Shown: positions 35,560 to 46,111 of the stretch, in pieces | Position numbering within the stretch: position 1 is the stretch's first letter | Layout of the letters: every line of letters begins with the position of its first letter | Origin: an uncultured virus (IMG/VR IMGVR_UViG_3300025408_000002) | Lineage: Duplodnaviria > Heunggongvirae > Uroviricota > Caudoviricetes | Virus record (IMG/VR): IMGVR_UViG_3300025408_000002 | Strand: one strand, 5' to 3' | Length of the DNA stretch: 64,000 nucleotides | The notes under the pieces: model-generated | Told to the model about the DNA's origin: nothing | Database searches by the model: none | Seen by the model: only the letters and a program-made list of their open reading frames with translations | Position numbers and translations under genes: made by a program

Positions 35560-36921
35560 ATGGGAAAAGGCATCAACTCTTACGAGATCGGCGAGATCGT
35601 TGATCCGCAATGGTTGAGCGATACCATCCTTCACGAAAGCACCATCGGCGCTTTCTGGACGAAGTTCTTACGCCAGAACTACGTCACAGATATGGCTTTC
35701 GAGAGCGTTCCTCCCGTCGGCAACGTCGACAAGGAGAAGGTGACGTTCTCGGGAGCGCCCATCGAGGTGTTCGCCGAGTTCAAGAAGGGTGGGCTCGACA
35801 AGATCAACGTCCCGGTCAAGCGCCGGTATCGCGGACTCCCGCGTCACGGGCGCTCGCAACTCCAGGGCACGGGCGAAGGTGTGGAATGGTTGTTCCGCTC
35901 CGTCTTCCTCTGGAATTCCAAGAAGGCCTTCAACATCCCCGTCGAAGGCGGTGTTGATGGTCAGATTCTGCGTGACTCCATGCAGAAGGCCATCGAGAAC
36001 GAGGTGCGTCCCGCCGCCGCCGAGTGGCTGCGCGACTACACCGAGGGGAACATCAACTGGACCCTTCTCACCGGTTACTCGGCCGAACTCACCACGCTTC
36101 GCGGCGAGGTGGACGCCCGCAACACCGGTCTGACCAACTACTCCCATCCCAACATCTTCGTCGCTGGCCATGGCCGTGTGCTGCACGGCAGCGATGCGAA
36201 CTCGCGTCCCGGCGGTGCGGGCTACGAGACCAATCTTGTCGCCGCGGCCAACACCTGCTTGCAGGGTGGTCCGACCGCGAACGGTCTCAGCACCTCGCGC
36301 CTGATCGCGTTCCGCAACGACCTTTTCCGCCTGGGCACTCGTCCCGTGCGCACGAGGATGGGAGATGTGTACTGCTTGGTCACCAAGGAGAGCGCCTACA
36401 ACCAGCTCGAGCTTGAGATGGGTGACCGCGCCTTCCGCGAGACGATGCTGCTGTCGCTGCCGCCCGAGCTGAAGAACAACCCGTTCTTCGGGAACGCGGT
36501 GGCCGTCTACCAGCAGATGGTCATCTACATCAACCCCGGTCTCTTCGGCATGCAGACCAACAACGGCTACGTGTTGCAGAACCAAGGCTCCGCCATCGGC
36601 ATGCCCGCCTACGGCCCCAGCGGCGAATGGGTGGGTTCGAAGATCACGGACAACGCGCTCGACACCAACGACCTCGTTTGCAGCGTCGGTTTCGGCGCGG
36701 GCTTCCTCTCGCAGGCCTTTGGCAAGCGCGAGATGTGGTTCACGAAGGAAGCGTGGGACCACGAGCAGAACAAGGAACTCGGTATGCACTGGTGGATGTC
36801 GCTCATGCGCTCCGACGTTACCGATCCCCGCGACGAGCTGGGACTCGGTGCCGATGCGTTCGCATACAACGATACCTCTGCCATCCTCATCACGTATTCG
36901 CCCTACACGGGCAGTTACTAA
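35560..36921 (+). CDS. Major capsid protein (podovirus type)
   Basis: 453 aa, strong codon bias, AGGAG RBS, follows scaffold; GLDKINVPV...QLQGTGE; NPFFGNAVAVY. Confidence 0.8.
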   Translation: MGKGINSYEIGEIVDPQWLSDTILHESTIGAFWTKFLRQNYVTDMAFESVPPVGNVDKEKVTFSGAPIEVFAEFKKGGLDKINVPVKRRYRGLPRHGRSQLQGTGEGVEWLFRSVFLWNSKKAFNIPVEGGVDGQILRDSMQKAIENEVRPAAAEWLRDYTEGNINWTLLTGYSAELTTLRGEVDARNTGLTNYSHPNIFVAGHGRVLHGSDANSRPGGAGYETNLVAAANTCLQGGPTANGLSTSRLIAFRNDLFRLGTRPVRTRMGDVYCLVTKESAYNQLELEMGDRAFRETMLLSLPPELKNNPFFGNAVAVYQQMVIYINPGLFGMQTNNGYVLQNQGSAIGMPAYGPSGEWVGSKITDNALDTNDLVCSVGFGAGFLSQAFGKREMWFTKEAWDHEQNKELGMHWWMSLMRSDVTDPRDELGLGADAFAYNDTSAILITYSPYTGSY

Positions 36922-36934
36922 AAGGGGGTGCGAC

Positions 36935-37534
36935 GTGCGTAAACTGATGCTCCTCATCTTCGCGCTGTTCATGCTGGCCCCGTTCACGGGCCTCGGACAG
37001 CCCGCAAAGGTCACCCAACCCAAACCCGCGCAGGCGTGGCAAACCACCCTGGCGCCCATCATGCGGTTCAACGCTTCGCTGAAGCTCGCCGATCAGGAGA
37101 AAAACTGCAAAGTCACGGAGACGGTGAAAGCGGCAACGCTGTATGTGGACACCACGGGATGGATTCCTCTTCCGTCCCTGCCGATCCGCGATTCACTGCT
37201 CATGGCCTTGGTGTTTCGATCCAATCTCGACACAGCAAGCGTATCGTTCACCGTGCAGTACGGTGTCGGCTCCTATCCCGATTCATCCGTGACGGAAGCC
37301 AACGCATTCCTCGGTGCAGGCAACATGCCCGCCAGCACTTTCGTTGTCGCGAGAAAAACCACAGACACATATCCACGAACGAATTCAGCATGGCTCCTCC
37401 TGCGGGCTGCTCCGCCCGGTGCGACGCATGTACGCGCACTGGCGAGCTTCCAGGCATCCGGTCAGTCTGGCTTCAAGAACGGCACACAGAACGACTTCTA
37501 TGAGATCGGCTTCGGCTGGCCAAAGCTGGAGTAA
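36935..37534 (+). CDS. Signal-peptide protein at the capsid-accessory position
   Basis: GTG start, VRKLMLLIFALFMLAPFTGLG-Q; beta-rich; 5 of 7 Asp followed by S/T. Confidence 0.7.
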   Translation: MRKLMLLIFALFMLAPFTGLGQPAKVTQPKPAQAWQTTLAPIMRFNASLKLADQEKNCKVTETVKAATLYVDTTGWIPLPSLPIRDSLLMALVFRSNLDTASVSFTVQYGVGSYPDSSVTEANAFLGAGNMPASTFVVARKTTDTYPRTNSAWLLLRAAPPGATHVRALASFQASGQSGFKNGTQNDFYEIGFGWPKLE

Positions 37535-37613
37535 GGCGGGGGCGTGCTTCACGCCCCAACCGTCCCGATGACTGGAAACAGTGACCAACAGAACACAAGC
37601 AGGAGAATACATC

Positions 37614-37922
37614 ATGGCCCATCAATTTCGGTCGGCATTCATCGACAACAGCGACAACCGCGCGATTGCCGATGCCTGGGACTTCCCCGACGGGGCTCAG
37701 TGCATCGCGTTCACGCATCCCGGTGCTGGGTCGACCTCGGCCGACGGCAAGACGAAGGACGCGCAAACCCTCCTCATTTGGGGGAGTGGTGCGCCGTCCA
37801 CCAACTACAACAGCGCGCCGAACGGCAGCGTCTATGTGGACTACACCAACGCCGCCATCTACATCAAAACCGGCAAGCCCGGCAGCGGTATCGGCGGCAC
37901 GTGGACCACGGTCAACAGCTAA
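37614..37922 (+). CDS. Small virion protein (decoration/fibre-like)
   Basis: WGSGAP...APNGSVYVD...IYIKTG...WT; AGGAG RBS. Confidence 0.65.
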   Translation: MAHQFRSAFIDNSDNRAIADAWDFPDGAQCIAFTHPGAGSTSADGKTKDAQTLLIWGSGAPSTNYNSAPNGSVYVDYTNAAIYIKTGKPGSGIGGTWTTVNS

Positions 37923-37993
37923 CCATTCTCGGTGAGGGATGCGTGAACAGATCGCGCATCCCCGCCGATGGATAAATGCAAGGAAGAAACCCC

Positions 37994-38713
37994 ATGGAGA
38001 AGAAACCAACGAAGGTGGATGTGAACTCGAAGGTGTGCGATACGGTCGTGCGCTACAAGGGCAACGGTACGCGGCCGATGATGGCGGGAGATCATGCCGT
38101 GGTATTCTCGCCCCTGCGTCCGCTGCATGCGCTGCCTGGCTGGCTCGCATTCCGCCTGTCCGAGAACGACCCGGACGAGTTCGAGATCACCGACGAGAAG
38201 GCGCCGGACTACGGTCCCGACAGCCCCATCGCCATGTACGATCCCGACACGCCCGACGGTGCGCGCCGGCTGCGCAACGCATTCTTCCACGACCCGGAAG
38301 GCACGTACCGCACCATCATGGAGCAGGCGCGTGCGCGCGAAGCGGGTCTGCGCAAGATCATCGAGGAGCAGCAGGAGCGTATCGAACTTCTCGAAGGCGC
38401 GATTCAGGGTGACGAGTTCGCCGAAAAGCGTCTGCGGGAAGCGGAGCGCACCAGCGCCGCCGACGAGGAGCAGATCGACTACGAGGCCGCGATCGCACAT
38501 TTCAAGACCGAGGACGCGCTCGAACGCGCGATCATCGCCTACAACGACACGCACGAACTGAAGTACAACCCCAACCGCGCGGCCACGCTTCGCAAAGCAC
38601 TCAACACGTATCTGAACAACCCGAACGAGGACACGTTGCAGAAGTACGCGGAGAAGATCATGAAGAGTGACCTCCCTTCGCTCGAAGCGATTGACCTCCT
38701 CGACGAAGGCTGA
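37994..38713 (+). CDS. Hypothetical protein
   Basis: 239-aa ORF with strong codon bias. Confidence 0.65.
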   Translation: MEKKPTKVDVNSKVCDTVVRYKGNGTRPMMAGDHAVVFSPLRPLHALPGWLAFRLSENDPDEFEITDEKAPDYGPDSPIAMYDPDTPDGARRLRNAFFHDPEGTYRTIMEQARAREAGLRKIIEEQQERIELLEGAIQGDEFAEKRLREAERTSAADEEQIDYEAAIAHFKTEDALERAIIAYNDTHELKYNPNRAATLRKALNTYLNNPNEDTLQKYAEKIMKSDLPSLEAIDLLDEG

Positions 38714-39492
38714 TGCAGGCGGGCGAGTACATATCGTATGCAATGAACAACCTGGGGCTGAGTGAGACCAAGGACGTTCAGCCCCAGGTCCTCTACGAAC
38801 GCCTGCGCTGGGTGGTGCGGGCGTTGCAGGACGCGCAAATCCACGTGGAGGAGCGCGTGAACATTGCAACTGTCGCGGGACAGGCCGCCTACGCCATCAA
38901 CAAGCGGTACGAGCAAATCATGGGCGTGATATGGCCGGTTCGCTATCTGGAAATCGTGCCGTCACTCACGGGTTCGCATAGCGTCCCGTCCGACATCACC
39001 GGCGACATCGGCCCCGGCCCATCGGGACCGCGCTGGGTGACGCGGAACGAGCTCGAATCCCATCAGCAGTACGCCACGGCGGCGGGCGGGATCGGTACGG
39101 TACCCTATATCTGGTCCCATTACCGCGAAGGTGGCGAAACCGTGCTCGTGCTCGCGCCTGTCGCGAATGTGCAGAGCGGCGAGACCATCATCGTGCGCAT
39201 GTCCCTTGCCGAAGCCGTTTCGTACAGCCCCAACACCGATTTGAACGTGGAAGAGCGCTACGATCCCGTGCTGCGCTACCGCATGTGCGAACAGGCGGCG
39301 GAGTACGCGGCGGGCCTTTTCCTTCGGCGTGCGCAACCAGGCATGGCGCAGCAGTACAGAACGGAAGCAAACCGGTACCGGAACCTCGCCGATGAGGAGC
39401 TTCGCACGGTGAAGCAGACCCACCGCTCCGGGTTCTCGCATGCCGAAGTGAAGAAAGTGGACACACCATCGTTGCCACCAACCTACGAGTAA
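38713..39492 (+). CDS. Head-tail adaptor/tubular-A-like protein
   Basis: IATVAGQAAYAI..., LAPV, YDPVLRY pattern; position. Confidence 0.6.
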   Translation: MQAGEYISYAMNNLGLSETKDVQPQVLYERLRWVVRALQDAQIHVEERVNIATVAGQAAYAINKRYEQIMGVIWPVRYLEIVPSLTGSHSVPSDITGDIGPGPSGPRWVTRNELESHQQYATAAGGIGTVPYIWSHYREGGETVLVLAPVANVQSGETIIVRMSLAEAVSYSPNTDLNVEERYDPVLRYRMCEQAAEYAAGLFLRRAQPGMAQQYRTEANRYRNLADEELRTVKQTHRSGFSHAEVKKVDTPSLPPTYE

Positions 39493-39495
39493 GCC

Positions 39496-40161
39496 ATGAC
39501 GGAGCACGAACTGAAAATCCTGAATGCGCTCGAAGCGATGAAGACCTCGCCGGACACCTTCCGCGTAACCGAGGACATGCTTCGCGGCGACCTCGGCGAA
39601 GTTGTGACGCGGGTGCGGGAGCAGTGGCTTCGCGTCCTCGATGTGTTCGAGGGACTGCGCGAACAGCGGGGGAACCGCGGCTACTGGCAAGACCGATTCA
39701 ATCGCGGCGTGAAAACCGCTCTCGGGAGCGCGTACTGTCACGCATTCATTGAGTGGACGGTGGCGTACACCGCTGAACTCGTGGGCATTCCCGATTGGAT
39801 CAAGGCCAACACGGCATCATCGCAGAATTTCTTTGCGCACGCTCAGAAAAACGGTCTCATCACGCTTTCCATCCTTGTGGGTGCGGTGGCCATCTGGCGC
39901 AACGGCATGACCTGGCAGGGCCATGTCGGAGCTGTGCGCGTGATCGAGTACATGAAGGAAACCCCGAGCGGCTTCTTCTCCACCGAGGCCAACACCTCCA
40001 ATCCGATCAGCAAGTGGCGCGAAGGTGAATGGATCCTTCGCAAGCGCCATACGCTCGGGCGTGTGGGTGCGGCGCTCAAGGAAGGGCGCTGGCTGCGTGG
40101 CTTCTTCGACACCGACAAAGCCATTGAAAACGTGCTGCAAAGCATGGCGGCGGGGTTGTAA
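39496..40161 (+). CDS. CHAP-domain amidase/endolysin
   Basis: AYCHAFIEW (catalytic Cys), GHVGAV (His), TEANT. Confidence 0.75.
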   Translation: MTEHELKILNALEAMKTSPDTFRVTEDMLRGDLGEVVTRVREQWLRVLDVFEGLREQRGNRGYWQDRFNRGVKTALGSAYCHAFIEWTVAYTAELVGIPDWIKANTASSQNFFAHAQKNGLITLSILVGAVAIWRNGMTWQGHVGAVRVIEYMKETPSGFFSTEANTSNPISKWREGEWILRKRHTLGRVGAALKEGRWLRGFFDTDKAIENVLQSMAAGL

Positions 40162-40799
40162 TGGCACAGGAACGAGTGGCGGCATTGATACTGAGTCTCC
40201 GGCGCCTGATGGGCGACGAGTACGAGCGCGACGGAAACGGCACGCTGATTACCAATGCCCTCACGCAGAACGGTGAATGGACGGCGCAGGCGATGGCGGG
40301 CGCATTGGTGCTCGCGTGCAGGAAAATCCTGCATACGGCTGCCGCGCAACTCAAGGACAATGTTCGGCTCGCCGCGCAGTTCCCCGAGCATTTATCGCAG
40401 GAAACGCTCACGTTCTTCACGGCCAGCACCAACTATTCGAAGTACGAGCTGCCCGATGATTTCGCATACGAGGTGACCGCGCGTCTCCGGCCGGAAGGCA
40501 ACCCCACCGCGTACCGCGTGAAGTTTGAACCGATCACGCTGATCGACAAGACGCTGGAAGAGACGAACGTGGAAGAACGGCGCGTTCCCCGCGCTTTCAT
40601 CGAAGGCGAGTACGTGGTACTCGCGCTGGCGGACGACACCTACAATCACGGCGACACGAACGCCTTCCAACTGCGGTATCTCCGCACGCAGCCGGACATC
40701 ACCGTTGGAACAGGCGCGGAGGACATTCTCCTGCGCAGTCAGTGGGACGAGATGATCCTCCAATTCGCGCGCGCAATCCTTTTGTCCTTCAAGGAGTGA
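40161..40799 (+). CDS. Adaptor/ring-like virion protein
   Basis: YELPDDF...LRYLRTQP. Confidence 0.55.
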   Translation: MAQERVAALILSLRRLMGDEYERDGNGTLITNALTQNGEWTAQAMAGALVLACRKILHTAAAQLKDNVRLAAQFPEHLSQETLTFFTASTNYSKYELPDDFAYEVTARLRPEGNPTAYRVKFEPITLIDKTLEETNVEERRVPRAFIEGEYVVLALADDTYNHGDTNAFQLRYLRTQPDITVGTGAEDILLRSQWDEMILQFARAILLSFKE

Positions 40800-40801
40800 G
40801 C

Positions 40802-41167
40802 ATGGAGTACCCACTTCTCATTATTTCCCTCGCAATCGCCGCTGTGTCGGCTTCCGTGGCCTTTGCTTCGCTGATTTACAACATCCGCCGGAACAAGGAC
40901 AAGGATCAGCGGGCGCAACTGACAAAGGACTTCGCGGCGCAACAGCATTCGATGGGGGAACTGGCGCGTGATCTGGCAACGGAGCATGAACAGTGGAAGG
41001 TAAGCACCAAGGAGCTTCTCGGCAAGATAGAAAACTTCGAGGAGCGGATCAGCAAGGATATTAAGGATTTAGTCAAAGCGGTGGATGAAATCCGCACCAA
41101 GCAGCTCGTCACGCACATCAACGTGAAAAATCTGATGAATCATCTCGATATGAAATACGAGGAGTGA
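40802..41167 (+). CDS. Single-TM coiled-coil protein (holin-like)
   Basis: N-terminal TM followed by a coiled coil. Confidence 0.55.
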   Translation: MEYPLLIISLAIAAVSASVAFASLIYNIRRNKDKDQRAQLTKDFAAQQHSMGELARDLATEHEQWKVSTKELLGKIENFEERISKDIKDLVKAVDEIRTKQLVTHINVKNLMNHLDMKYEE

Positions 41168-41171
41168 CCCC

Positions 41172-41897
41172 ATGTTCACAGTAGCCCAATCTTACTCCCG
41201 CGCGGAGACGTTCACCAACGAAGTGGACTCGGGCCGCGTATCGCCGGCGGCGCTGCACGCGATGATGCAGCGCAAAATCATCGAAACCGCGACCTTCGGC
41301 GGTGGAGCGCTCAACCCGTTTTTCACCACCAGTCAGGATTTGCCGCTCGTGTCGCTTTCGGCCGCCGATCTCTACACGGTGGACATGACGGGAATTTCGT
41401 TCTACCGCATCCTCGGTCTCACCGTGCCGGTGGCCGACCTTGGTTCGCTGCCTTCTCTGGAGGACGGTAACTACGTAATCATGGAATCGCGTGAGGCCTT
41501 TTTCCGCGCATCGCGCAACTTCGAGTACAAGGAATCGCGGGTATACTACCTCGAACTCGGAAACGCGACGCCGACATTGCTGATCCGCATTCCGTCCAGT
41601 CTGACCACGGCGCTTACGACCGTCACCGTGACCACCAAGCGGCTGCCGGACACCAGCTTCACGCTGGATGACTGCCGCGATGTGAACACGACCAAGCGTG
41701 TGGATTTGCCCGCATTCATCATCCCGCATTTCGAGCTGGCCGTTGCGGTGGATGCGCTGAAACAGAGCGGCATGAAGGCGAGCGAAAGCGCGAAGATGCA
41801 GAACCTGATCGAGGATCAGAAAAGCGTTGCCAAGGCACTGAGCACCGAACTGATGAACGACATGGCCATGCTCAAGCAGCAGAACCGGGATCAGTAA
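41172..41897 (+). CDS. Adaptor-like virion protein
   Basis: 241 aa in the tail module. Confidence 0.5.
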   Translation: MFTVAQSYSRAETFTNEVDSGRVSPAALHAMMQRKIIETATFGGGALNPFFTTSQDLPLVSLSAADLYTVDMTGISFYRILGLTVPVADLGSLPSLEDGNYVIMESREAFFRASRNFEYKESRVYYLELGNATPTLLIRIPSSLTTALTTVTVTTKRLPDTSFTLDDCRDVNTTKRVDLPAFIIPHFELAVAVDALKQSGMKASESAKMQNLIEDQKSVAKALSTELMNDMAMLKQQNRDQ

Positions 41898-41900
41898 GTC

Positions 41901-44150
41901 ATGGCGAAGCACGTTCACCGGCAATTCGCGCGCGGGCGCATCACCGACGGGGATTCGAACGACATTCCCGGCGATGCTCTGCTCGAATGCGTGAATTTCG
42001 ATCTCGATACCGGGATCGGGGAAGCGCGTCCGCGTCCGGGCCTTGCGGCCTACACGGATTTGGGCGCCGTTCCCACGGTGGACGATGGGCCGTATGATGG
42101 CACAAGCGACGCATTACCCGCATGCCCGAACTCCGGCGAATGGCGGATTTGGAATGTGGTGCGCTGGGACAGCGGTATCGTCACCGTGCAGCACAACACC
42201 ATGCTGATCTACCGCGAGTACGCGACCGGCGCGTGGCAGAGTGAATATGCTGTGTACTCGAATGCGCCGAACGGTGGCAATGGCAACCTTTTCGCGCTGC
42301 TCACACCGACGCCGCTATCCGTACCGTTCTGCCGTCCTCGCGTAATCAACGGACAGGTGCGTCTCGCGCTCGGTCCCGAGGACGATTACCTGATCCATCT
42401 CAATCTCTGCGAGGAAGGCGCGCGCACGTATCCCACCTTCACCATCACATCGGCGGATGATCGATCCGAAGCGCTTGGCGCCGGTGGCAATGTGCGGCAG
42501 GGTTGGCTATGGGATTGGGGAAAGCCGTATTGGAGCGGTACCACGGCTGGCGCGTACGATCTCGGCTCCACCAGCTCGATACTCGTATCGCTCGCGGATG
42601 CGACGACGGCCGCGCGACCCGCGCTGGAATTCTGCGGCTACAAGCTCGCGTTGGTGCCGGTGCTCGACGAATACGATGCGCAGTTCTCCACGGCGCTCGT
42701 GGTGGAGCTCAGCAAGGATTATTGGGGCGCGAACGGAAACAAGGTGTTCGAACTCACCTTCAACATCACCGACGACAACTACAACAAGCGCATCACGCAT
42801 TTCGCGATATACGGCATGCGGATACACCGTACCGACCGCGTGGACCATCAGGAATTGCGCCGCCTCTACATGATCCCGTTCAGTGCGCTCGTTGGTTCGC
42901 AGACGTACTATATCGATGACACGATGTTCGAATCGCCCGAAGGTGTGTGGAGCGCGGACTCGAAGGGACGGCCGATCACGCTGCATTGGGACGATGCCGT
43001 TGCATCCCTCGCCACGAACATCACACGGTTGTCGCCGCTCGCATCGCACCTCGACGATGAAATCTCCGTGAAGCCGTCCGGGTTCATGATCCGGCGCAAG
43101 CGGCTCTTCGCGTGGGGCGTGAACAGCGATCCTGGACAGACGCGCATCGCCGTGAGTGCGCTCGACACCAACGACAGCGCGCAACTCGACGTGTTCTGGA
43201 AGCTCAACCGGATATGGCGGGAGGGTAGCAGCGCCACGGTCTGGCTCGAAGAGTACATGGACCGCATGTTCCTCTGGAACACCCACAACAGCTATTTCAT
43301 CGACCTCGAGCATCGCCTCGACGATCAGGTGATGACGCTGGATGTTGGCTACGGCATCGGCACACCCTACGAGCAGACGATTACGCGCGGCGGTAGCGCT
43401 CTGTACTGGCTCAATGATGACGGTGTGTATCGGTTCACCGGGTCGTCGCCGGAAAACATCCTCATTGACTCGTGGTATCGAGAATATCTTGCGCTCCCGC
43501 GCTCGGCAAAGGCCTCGGCGGTGGTCGGATACCACGACGAACGCGACGAACTCTGGCTCGTGCTGAATGTGAGCGAGGATCCCGTATTCGCGCCGTACAC
43601 GGTGGTGTATGTGTACTCGGTGGCCGATGCAAACTGGCGGTGCTACAAGTTCTTCTGGACGTGGACCGCGAACGCCGACGAGATGAATCTGGAAATCCGC
43701 GGCATGTTCACCGACGCCCAGCGCAGGCATGTGCTGTACGGGCGCATCGTCTCCTCGGGTTCCACGGTGCTGCTTCGCTTCGGCAATGAAACGCGCCTCG
43801 ATGACGGCGGCGGCATCCCGTGCTACCTCGAAAGTCATTGGATCGGTACGCGGGACGCATGGCAGAAGCCGCACAAGTGCTATGTGGCGCGCGACGCCGG
43901 CAGCGCATCGCGGCCGTTCACGCTGTCAATGTACGCGAACCGGGAAAACGCGGCGTATGCAACAATCACCTTCCCGTCGACACGGAACCGTCTTGCGCGT
44001 CTACGCGCGCGCACGGTGCGTGAGTACAAGTTCGGCGTGCGCGTGGATGTGGATGCGTCAACCATCCCCGCATCTCTCGGTGGGTATCGCGACCCGGTAA
44101 TCCAGCAGATCACGATTGAAACAACGGACGAAACGATGAGGAGCACGTAA
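41901..44150 (+). CDS. Tail tubular B / stabilisation (nozzle) protein
   Basis: 749 aa beta-rich; GIGTPYEQTI...LYWLNDDGVYRFTG...YHDERDELWL. Confidence 0.7.
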   Translation: MAKHVHRQFARGRITDGDSNDIPGDALLECVNFDLDTGIGEARPRPGLAAYTDLGAVPTVDDGPYDGTSDALPACPNSGEWRIWNVVRWDSGIVTVQHNTMLIYREYATGAWQSEYAVYSNAPNGGNGNLFALLTPTPLSVPFCRPRVINGQVRLALGPEDDYLIHLNLCEEGARTYPTFTITSADDRSEALGAGGNVRQGWLWDWGKPYWSGTTAGAYDLGSTSSILVSLADATTAARPALEFCGYKLALVPVLDEYDAQFSTALVVELSKDYWGANGNKVFELTFNITDDNYNKRITHFAIYGMRIHRTDRVDHQELRRLYMIPFSALVGSQTYYIDDTMFESPEGVWSADSKGRPITLHWDDAVASLATNITRLSPLASHLDDEISVKPSGFMIRRKRLFAWGVNSDPGQTRIAVSALDTNDSAQLDVFWKLNRIWREGSSATVWLEEYMDRMFLWNTHNSYFIDLEHRLDDQVMTLDVGYGIGTPYEQTITRGGSALYWLNDDGVYRFTGSSPENILIDSWYREYLALPRSAKASAVVGYHDERDELWLVLNVSEDPVFAPYTVVYVYSVADANWRCYKFFWTWTANADEMNLEIRGMFTDAQRRHVLYGRIVSSGSTVLLRFGNETRLDDGGGIPCYLESHWIGTRDAWQKPHKCYVARDAGSASRPFTLSMYANRENAAYATITFPSTRNRLARLRARTVREYKFGVRVDVDASTIPASLGGYRDPVIQQITIETTDETMRST

Positions 44151-44635
44151 TGCCGGACCAACAAACACCCTACATCTCGCGACCTTTCGTTAACTGGCAC
44201 GAACGGCTTCATCCCACGGATGTGCGATTCCTCGGTACCGAGTTTTCGCACCAGGGAAACGAGATGCTGACGAACTGGAAGGGGTTCGAGAACGAGTATC
44301 GGTCTTCGCCGCAATTCGACGCCGCAGGCATGAAGGGGCGTATCGATGACAGCTATTACCGCAGCATCGCGCAACTGCCGAGCATCGCCGGAAACCTCAA
44401 GGGTATGGGCGTGAACGCGGCGCAGGGACAGGCGGCGCTCATGCAGTCGCTGCCGCTGATGCAGTCCCGCGCGGAGGCCTACGGGAACCTCGAACGCGAT
44501 CAATACCAGGCGGACCAATCCCGCATGAACAATCTCGGCAACATCATCATGCAGGGCAATCAAATGGGCATGAGCCAGCAGCAGCTTCAGGCCATGCTGT
44601 ACAAGATGATGCTGGAAATGGAATTGAACGGATAG
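44150..44635 (+). CDS. Putative ejection (internal virion) protein
   Basis: Gln/Met-rich helical protein after the nozzle gene. Confidence 0.55.
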   Translation: MPDQQTPYISRPFVNWHERLHPTDVRFLGTEFSHQGNEMLTNWKGFENEYRSSPQFDAAGMKGRIDDSYYRSIAQLPSIAGNLKGMGVNAAQGQAALMQSLPLMQSRAEAYGNLERDQYQADQSRMNNLGNIIMQGNQMGMSQQQLQAMLYKMMLEMELNG

Positions 44636-44644
44636 GAGGAGAGC

Positions 44645-44998
44645 ATGGAACCTTTAGAAATAGCCGCTCTGGTCACTGCCGCGACAGGTCTTGGCAACGC
44701 ACTTTTCGGTCCCGACGCGCCAAAGAACATTTCCGCGCCGCCCGGCGGCAATGGCGGTTCGCAAGGATTGCAGTTCCAAATCCCACAACTCAACGCCACC
44801 AACAACGCGCCGGCGTTGCTGCAGCGCATGTCAGCAACGATTGGCGCCAGCGGTGGCAACCCCAGCGCACGCACGCCGCAGCGCAAGCCGCGTGCCGCGG
44901 TGTCGGGCATGGGAACGGGCGCACCGGGAATGGGCGTGCCTGGCGGGCTGGACATCGGACAACTTCTCGCTTCCCTCTACCAACAACAGGCGGGGTAA
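44645..44998 (+). CDS. Putative ejection protein
   Basis: Gly/Ala-rich, MEPLEIAALVTAATGLGNALFG. Confidence 0.55.
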   Translation: MEPLEIAALVTAATGLGNALFGPDAPKNISAPPGGNGGSQGLQFQIPQLNATNNAPALLQRMSATIGASGGNPSARTPQRKPRAAVSGMGTGAPGMGVPGGLDIGQLLASLYQQQAG

Positions 44999-45001
44999 AC
45001 C

Positions 45002-46099
45002 GTGAAACGCCGGACGAGAGAGAACTGGAGCTTCGGGCTGGGCACCGCCGCGAATATCGCGAACATGATCGGCCAGCTTTACAGCGGCATCGCGGCCGCG
45101 AATGCGCGAAGCCAGGGCGCGGATGCGTACAACGAGTGGAATCAGTCCCTCACGCAGCCGGCGCAGATGCAGCCGACAGGCGATCCCGTCACTATCGAGA
45201 AGCCGGGTGGCGGGACGACCAGCATACCCACCTTCGAGATGGGCGAGGAACGGCGGCTCCCGATCGATGCCGCAGCCCTCTCGCGTCTCTATGCGTCCAT
45301 GGCTGGGCTGCCTCCCGAAGTGGCAGCGCAGTACACGGGATATGGAAACACGATGTACGCGGCCGAAGCACAGCGACGTGCGGCGGAAGCGGCCCGAGGC
45401 ATGCAGCTCGAAGATCGTGCCTACGAGCGTGGCGTGAAGGAGGAAGAGCGTGCCTTCGACACGCGCAGCGCTCTTGCGAAAGCCATGGGTGAGGACTACC
45501 GGATTGTCGATCCGGGCGGCTATCTCCGTTTCCTTGAAACAGGCGAGGGCGACCTTTCTTCCACGATGGAGCGCGAACCCGAGGAAATCAAAACTCTCGC
45601 TCCTGTTCTTGGTAAGGACGGTGTGCTCGTACCGTACGTGCAGGGTGGCGAGATCGGTTCCAAGGTGCTCAAAACCGACGAGATCGAGCTCCCGGACGGG
45701 ACGCTGCGGTATCAGCGCCGCACGGGCGGTGGCAGCGGCAGCGGCGGTGCGCGGATGACGCCGGCGCAACGCGCAAACCTTTCGGCCATGCAGGTGGAAA
45801 GGGACGTAGCGGCTACCGAAGTGCAACGCGCGCAAAACGAACTCATCATGCTCAAGCGCGCCGAACAGGAATTACAGAGCAGCAACCTTCCCGCATTCTC
45901 GCGCGACCGCAAGGCGCAGGAACTCACACAGGCACGAAGGAAAGCGGAGGCGAAGCTCACCGCTGCACAAAAGGACCATGCCGTGAAGGATGCGAAGATC
46001 AAATCGTGGGAGACCGGGCAAGTGGTGGGCGGCGGCCCCGTGGAATCCGGTGGTGGCCAGCCCGCACCCGCGAAACCGAACCCTTGGATGCGCAAGTAA
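45002..46099 (+). CDS. Putative ejection protein
   Basis: 365 aa helical, precedes the giant gene. Confidence 0.55.
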   Translation: MKRRTRENWSFGLGTAANIANMIGQLYSGIAAANARSQGADAYNEWNQSLTQPAQMQPTGDPVTIEKPGGGTTSIPTFEMGEERRLPIDAAALSRLYASMAGLPPEVAAQYTGYGNTMYAAEAQRRAAEAARGMQLEDRAYERGVKEEERAFDTRSALAKAMGEDYRIVDPGGYLRFLETGEGDLSSTMEREPEEIKTLAPVLGKDGVLVPYVQGGEIGSKVLKTDEIELPDGTLRYQRRTGGGSGSGGARMTPAQRANLSAMQVERDVAATEVQRAQNELIMLKRAEQELQSSNLPAFSRDRKAQELTQARRKAEAKLTAAQKDHAVKDAKIKSWETGQVVGGGPVESGGGQPAPAKPNPWMRK

Positions 46100-46111
46100 T
46101 CGGGAAACCCC